64,000 nt of DNA, from NCBI GenBank assembly GCA_003971905.1, contig RSEE01000001.1:1302001-1366000 (forward strand). The letters run 5' to 3'. Positions 58,384 through 64,000 of this stretch are shown here, one piece after another (position 1 is the first letter of the stretch; each line of letters opens with the position of its first letter). A program made the translations under genes and the position numbers. The DNA is from Moniliella sp. 'wahieum'. Its lineage: Eukaryota. The notes under the pieces were generated by a model that made no database searches, was not told where the DNA came from, and saw only the letters and a program-made list of their open reading frames with translations.

Positions 58384-60560
58384 TCAAAACTCGAATCCAA
58401 GGGCTTTGAACTCATTGAGCGAAGTACCAATGTGAGCCTTGCTCGCCAAGTCCATCCGTTCCATCGCGACAAAGATCCGACGAAGGGTAGACCAAAGACT
58501 TTGGCTCTCTTGCGAATCGTCCGGGACGACAAACCCGTTCTGTCCTTCTTCCCGCGGAGCCTGTGGGATGACCGTATTGCGTTGCAAGGCAATCGCAGCC
58601 AACAAGTGTTCCGCCGCCTCGTGATGGGCGCCCAAATTGAGGCCTTGGCGCGGCGGAAGAAGCAACGCAGGTTAGAACAGACTTACGGCAGCAGCAGCAA
58701 GGGCATGGGGGAGGGAACAAGGGACATACACGACACGCTCAAGTTGTAAATCGCACGGGTAAACGTGGGGCGCAACTCCAGCGCGCGTTGGTACGCCGAG
58801 ATGGCTTCTTCCGAGTGTCCCGAGTTGGCCAGCACGGCACCCAGACGATTCCAGAGCAAAAAGTCATTCGGCCGCACGCCCAAAGCCGATTGGAAACAGT
58901 CCTTGGCCTGATCGTACGACTGGTTCGAGAAAAAAACACCCCCCAACCCCACTTGCACTTCGGGGTCCACGATGCCCTTGGCAGCTCCCTCCCGTGCGGC
59001 CTGGAGGAACAAGTCGGTCGTCTCGTTGAGCGCGCCCCAGGGGTCCTGGTTCAGAATCAAGGTGGCGGGTTTGGGCTTGATGTTGGGATAGGCCTTGTTA
59101 ATGTAGCGCTTCAGCGTCTCCCAGGCCGGCATGTCGTAGCCCTCGTTAGTGTACGAACAGCCAAGGGGATGTAAGCTTCAAGGTTGTTCTCGTCAATCTC
59201 GATGGCCTTCTCGAGCGCCCGAATCGCCGGAACTTCCATTTCGTTCATCGCGTGGGCCTCACCCAGGCGGCGCCATGCTTCGGACCGCTCCCTCGCCGCA
59301 CGAGATACTTCGTCGGCCTCCCCGCCCGATCCGCCCGTTGCAGTACGCTGCGTGGCAGCCTCAAACAGCAATGTGGCGTCGGACAAGGACCCACCATCGG
59401 CCAAAAGGCGCAGCCCCTCTGCCAGGGGGTCCGGGTGAGTAAGGAAAGGGTTGGAGGCTTGCATTTTGTACTCCCCCAGGCGTGGGCGACCGTTGGCGTC
59501 CATCGTTCCAATCCCACTCAGGAACGCCTCTTCGGCCGCGTCCCGCTCGAAAAAGTTGGGAGCGTTCATCCCCAGCGCATCTTCCTCCAGGTCGTTGCTC
59601 TTGAGCAAATTGGCCTCCCATTCGGCCAGTTCAGCATCGGATGCGGCCGGGCCTTGGTTGGCAGCGTGCTCATGCATGCTGTTCCACAGCGATTCAAACC
59701 GATCCGACGCTTCCTTGGCGTCGGCGGGTTTTCCGACTCGAGCTTATCGAGTTCCTTCAGCAGACGTTTCTCGATCTCCTCGTCCGTTAGGCCCTGGGTG
59801 GTTTCTTCTTGCGTCTCTGGCTCTTTGCCTTTTCCCTTGGCTTTGGACTGCGTGTCCGCTTCCACCTGCTCATCCAGCTTGGCAAACTCGGCTTCCCACT
59901 TCTCATCCGACAGTTCCGTAAACCGATCCTCTGCCAACTTGGGCTGCTGCGCCATCGATTGGCCCATCCCGCCCGATCGAAGCACCGAAGACATCATCGG
60001 CCGGCCCATCATGCCCATCCCGCCCATGCCCATGCCCATTCCCATGGGCATCCCACCCATGCCCATGGGCCTTTGCTGGGCCTGGGCCGAGCCGCCACTG
60101 ACAAAGGGGGCCGAACGAGATTGGTTGAACTGTTCCTGCCACCAACCGGCATACCAAGCTGCGATGCAGGACCAGGGGCAGCAGCAAGGGCAGGTTGGGA
60201 TGCGCGGAAGGCAGCTTCAAGGTCGACCGCAGCGGCGCCGCCGGGACCGCCTGGGCCGCCACCGAGTCGGATCTGGTCCAGGTTCTCTTTCATCTGGCCC
60301 AGGTCGAACGCGGGGCCGGCCAAGTCGGGACGGGCCTGGGCAAAGTAGGCCATGTCACCGGGCGCGGCCTGGGAAGGGCCAGCAGCGAGGGGCGCCTGGG
60401 GAGCGGAGCGGAAGGAAGCGGAGCCCTGGGGGCCAAAACGGGGGGCGCCGGTGCGGTCTTGCTGGAGCGAGCGGTCGTCCTGGGTGTGCTTCATGAACTG
60501 GCCGAGGGCGCTGTTGGAGGTGGAGCACTCGGCGCCCGACATGAGTGCTTGGAAGGCCAT
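58384..60560 (-). CDS. PEX5: Peroxisomal PTS1 receptor Pex5 (TPR); intron ~58642-58730; frameshifted
   Basis: N-terminal 'MAFQALMSGAECSTSNSALGQFMKH' with the conserved Cys, WxxxF 'KWEAEF', 'NPF', TPRs 'SEAWRRLGEAHAMNEME..AIRALE', 'DPEVQVGLG', 'LLWNRLGAVLANSGHSEEAISAYQRALELRPTFTRAIYNL', 'EAAEHLL', 'LWSTLRR'. Confidence 0.96.
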
Positions 60561-61099
60561 GGCGGTGGGCGGAGGGAGGGACGTGGTGGTGGCGGGAGAA
60601 GCTGCGCTCGGTCGTCCTCCTGCTCGGTGCCCCGCACTGGCCGGCCCTTGGCTGCCCAAAGGCCGAGTGGGGCCGCATGCAGAGGGGCAACCCACACGGG
60701 CGCCGTGCCAAGCGGCAGGGTGCCGGCGCGGGGGCAGTGGGCGGGCGCTTCGAACAACCGGCTCTCCTCGGCTATTATCACGCACCATGTATCAGCCATC
60801 ACGCATCCACCCATCCCCCCATCCATCCCGTGCAGCTTGGCGCCCCGGCAGACCAGCACCAGCCATTGAACATTTCATCCTGCTGACGTGGCCTGCCAGT
60901 ACGCTGTCCTCAGTCCGAGTGCTGAGGCTCAGCCTGCGCTGAGTGCGATTAGGTCAGCGTGGTGCACACGTCGCCATGTTGGCTGCCGTCAGCGCAATCA
61001 CCCATCCCGATCACCGACCAAGATCTCCATTCCGACTCGACACCACACGTGCTCAACAGGCCGGCGGCGTCGTGGGGTGCCATTTGCATCGCCATCGCC

Positions 61100-61977
61100 A
61101 TGTCGCTTCTTGATTGGGCCCAGGCCATTCCACCGCCAGCTGTGTAGGCATCCATCCTCCTCCCTCCTTCTCCCCGGCCCTTGCGTAACCGCGATCTAAC
61201 CCCTCCGCCTCGCTTGATCGCACCAGCTCTACCAGCTTGGCCAAGTCTTCCGGCCCAAGCCTCGACCCGCCTGGCTTCACCACCTTGGTCCCCACTGACA
61301 AAAAGGCAAGTATTTTCTTTTGCGCTAGTAATGGTGCGGGAAACTGACTCTTTGGGCCAGAACAAGGGCAAGGGCAAGGATTTGGTAGCCCAGGCTGGCA
61401 ACAGCGCCGAAATTCTTGTGGCCAAGTCGTGGGAACTTGCTACCTCTCCTGCCAAACAGATCCCCATGCAAGCCATCATGCTCTACATGTCTGGCAGCAC
61501 CGTGCAAATCTTCAGTATGCTTTCGATCGGCATGCTCTTCAAGAGCTCGCTCAATGGGGTCGCGTCTACAGAACAAGGTACGTTTGTTTCCGCTTTCTTT
61601 CCTTCCCCTCTCCCTATACCTCCTCCCCAGCACGCTGCCAGAGACGAGTTGCTGACCGAACCTGCGTACTAACTTCCAACCCTTTTTCTTCATCCAGCCT
61701 TTTCGCGCTTTAGCTCGCCTGGCGTTTCGCTTCTCCTGCAAAAGATTGTCTTTATCCTCTGCAATTTGGGTCTGTTTGCCCTGGGCCTTTGGAAGTGCTC
61801 GAGCATGGGGTTGCTGCCGACTGCAAGCAGTGATTGGCTCGCCTGGAAAGCACCTGAATTGGTACGCCCACCTCTTTTCTTGTTTGAGGACCCCCCATCG
61901 CATCTCTTAAATACTGACCATCGCTTCCTTGTCCATCCATCAATCAGCCTCTGGAATTAAGCCCGCTTCGCGCCTAA
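61100..61977 (+). CDS. EMC4: ER membrane protein complex subunit 4; four introns, the second GC-AG
   Basis: 'LDPPGF', 'KSWELATSPAKQIPMQAIMLYMSGSTVQIFSM', 'LGLWKCSSMGLLPTASSDWLAW'. Introns ~61143-61226, 61306-61360, ~61578-61697 and ~61862-61947. Confidence 0.92.
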
Positions 61978-62405
61978 GGTGGAACCCACAAGCTTCCTTT
62001 AACCTTCAACTGATTTGGACCGCTTGTTATGCGCGTTTCATACTAGGTCTGTGCCGTTTAGAGATACTATTACGCCGTTCGCACCACGCTACAGCTTGAC
62101 AGGTCTATAGCGGGCCCCATGGGACGCACTTCCACGTGAGCGGATTCATGAACAAATGCTTCATAGGCATGTTTTGAAGGTGACGCGCGCGCCACCAATA
62201 ATCCTCCCGAGGGAGAAGGCAGCATTCTAACCAGGTACCTAGGCAGGACACAAACGCGCCTCGGTTCCAAAACGGGTACGGGAAGGGAGGCTAGAAATTC
62301 GCCACTCGAAGGAGGAAAGGGGAGGGCGAACAAAGGAGAGAAGAGAAACAGATGTCCTTTCCCCTCACCAATGGTGCGTCCTCCCAAGAAGGGAGGAGGG
62401 GGGAC

Positions 62406-62811
62406 TTAAGCGTCCGAAAGCTCACGCAGACGGCGGATGGTGCTGCGCACGGTAGCAGCGGCGGTGGTGGACAGAGCCCAAGCGCCGCCAGCCACCTGCT
62501 TCTTGCAAGCACGGCAGTCCCAGATCCCCACGGCACGGCGCTTGACCGCGTCCTTGCCGCAGAAGGCACAGGTGTACCGAGCGTGCTGGGAGATCTCAAT
62601 CTTCTTCACCTGGCGACGCAGGGTGGAACCGTAACGGGTCCCGTACTTGCCGGTGATGCCGACCTTGGTGGTGCGCTTGGACTGGAGAAAAGGTAGGGAG
62701 GAAGGGGGGCGGGGGTTAGAAACCAGATTGGGAATCCTCCACCACGAGGTGCACGCTCTGGGTCCCTTATGAAAGGGAGGAGCGTGGTGCCATAGGAGTC
62801 ATACGCACCAT
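62406..62811 (-). CDS. RPL43: 60S ribosomal protein eL43 (L37a); exon 1 is the ATG only, intron 62682-62808
   Basis: Spliced [69 protein letters not shown]...; C2-C2 zinc ribbon. Confidence 0.98.
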
Positions 62812-62997
62812 TGTTTACGGCTTGGTGAGATGACCCAGGTGTAGAAGGCAGGTGGGGACGAGCCAGCAAGAAGGTGGGCGAAACGGGGACGAGGCAACCC
62901 TAAGGGGCGGGGAAATTGGCCGCAGCATTTTGGGGGTGCTAGGGTTGGGCGCTTCTGCTTGGATTAAGGATTGAACTCGTCCGCATTCAATTGCTGA

Positions 62998-63053
62998 TTG
63001 AACGTTGAACGTTCAGTTGAACGTTGAACATTGAACGTATTGAATATTGAACG
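62998..63053 (+). repeat. Degenerate heptamer array (TTGAACG) x ~7 upstream of RPL43
   Basis: Copies at 62998, 63005, 63017, 63024 (TTGAACA), 63031, 63040 (TTGAATA) and 63047. Confidence 0.85.
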
Positions 63054-63908
63054 CTCAAGCTCAAGCCTCAAGTCGAGCGCAGCGACTAACGACGCGGGGT
63101 TGTGGGTGCAGGCACCACAGCCGTGTGCGGTCGTCGGTGGCGGGGTGGCCAGTGGGGCTGGGCGGACACTTGCCACTTCGCAGCCCTCTCGTGCGGTGCG
63201 GTCAGTGTCGGCTCAGCGCGCTGAGCGCTGGCTCAGGCTCAGGCTGCGCTCAGCCGCTCACCGCCTCCGGTGGGGCTCAGGTTGCCCAGAAGGCTGCAAA
63301 CCATCTGCATAATAGACCATCGGCCATGGATGTCATACACCACATGCACATCGTCCTGCGCAACGGAAGCCCACACTCGCCTGTGCGTACCATCCGACGG
63401 CCGGATGGCCAGCCAAAAGCCACGCATCGCAGCGGAGCGCAAAACGGGGGGACCAAAAGAATAGGCTCTGGTGTCTATCACGCTCACACGCTGCACAACA
63501 CATCAGACCCCCTCCCCCCCACCACACACTTCTGGTCGGCGAAGGAGCAATGTCGCCACAGGGCTCCCATGCCAGGTCGGAATAGGATCGGCAAAGCTGC
63601 AACCTTCAAGCTTCAAGACTTGACGCCTCAGCGTCCTCAACAAGCTCAGCCAGACGCCGTTGGCCGCCGGCTGCTACATGTTATGCATGTTACCCCCTCC
63701 ACCCCACAAGCGGAGATAGGACGCAGATACATACCTCCCACTCGACCCCCGCCTTTGCTGTTTATTATTGCCAAAGAGCACAGGGTAGCCCCGCAGCCTT
63801 TATTAGTTAGTTCGTTTCCCATCGTCTGGCCCCGCTTTTGCCATCAAACACCCACCCACCTGCTGTCCTGCCGCCGGCACCTGCCTCCCGCACATCCCCT
63901 GCTCCCCC

Positions 63909-64000
63909 ATGATCAAGTTCCGCCGCAACAACACGCCCTCCTCCAGCAGCCACCGCCGCCAGCAGAATGACTGGAGCGCCATCTGCGCCGAGATGGAGGC
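63909..64000 (+). CDS. Probable 5' end of a gene running off the window (MIKFRRNNTPSSSSHRRQQNDWSAICAEME...)
   Basis: ATG after a pyrimidine-rich leader; frame open to the window end. Confidence 0.4.
   Translation, partial: MIKFRRNNTPSSSSHRRQQNDWSAICAEME

Noticed and set aside
1..64000. tRNA, rRNA, CRISPR arrays and intact transposons
   Set aside because: The T-loop-like GGTTCGA matches I found fall inside coding regions without a cloverleaf. No repeat-spacer arrays or transposase/RT ORFs were seen.

Overview
A gene-dense, GC-rich window from a fungal genome, most likely a basidiomycete of the Ustilaginomycotina. This rests on short GT-AG introns with CTRAC branch points and on protein features such as the Pex5 N-terminus. 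Most genes are broken by many 1-nt frameshifts, including essential ones, which points to long-read consensus errors rather than pseudogenes. Recognisable genes in order: a BTB + CAP-Gly protein, midasin (MDN1/REA1, ~15.8 kb), a small secreted protein, NIC96, PUP1, a secreted PI-PLC X-domain-like protein, GYP1, an orphan ORF, a dihydroxyacetone kinase, an ABM/LsrG-like protein, CWH43, YSC84/LSB3, a hypothetical protein, an LtrA-family membrane protein, DRE2, COX11, CSL4, PEX5, EMC4 and RPL43, then a probable gene start at the right edge. I saw no tRNA, rRNA, CRISPR array or intact transposon. The best leads are: (i) an accessory module of orphan, DAK and a bacterial-looking ABM gene with an intron; (ii) a ~310-nt nested fold-back in that module's divergent promoter, containing an SRP helix-8-like motif; (iii) a small set of repeated, often palindromic motifs shared across many promoters; (iv) a structured RPL43 intron and a GC-AG intron in EMC4. 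No new system is demonstrated; all of these are hypotheses to test.
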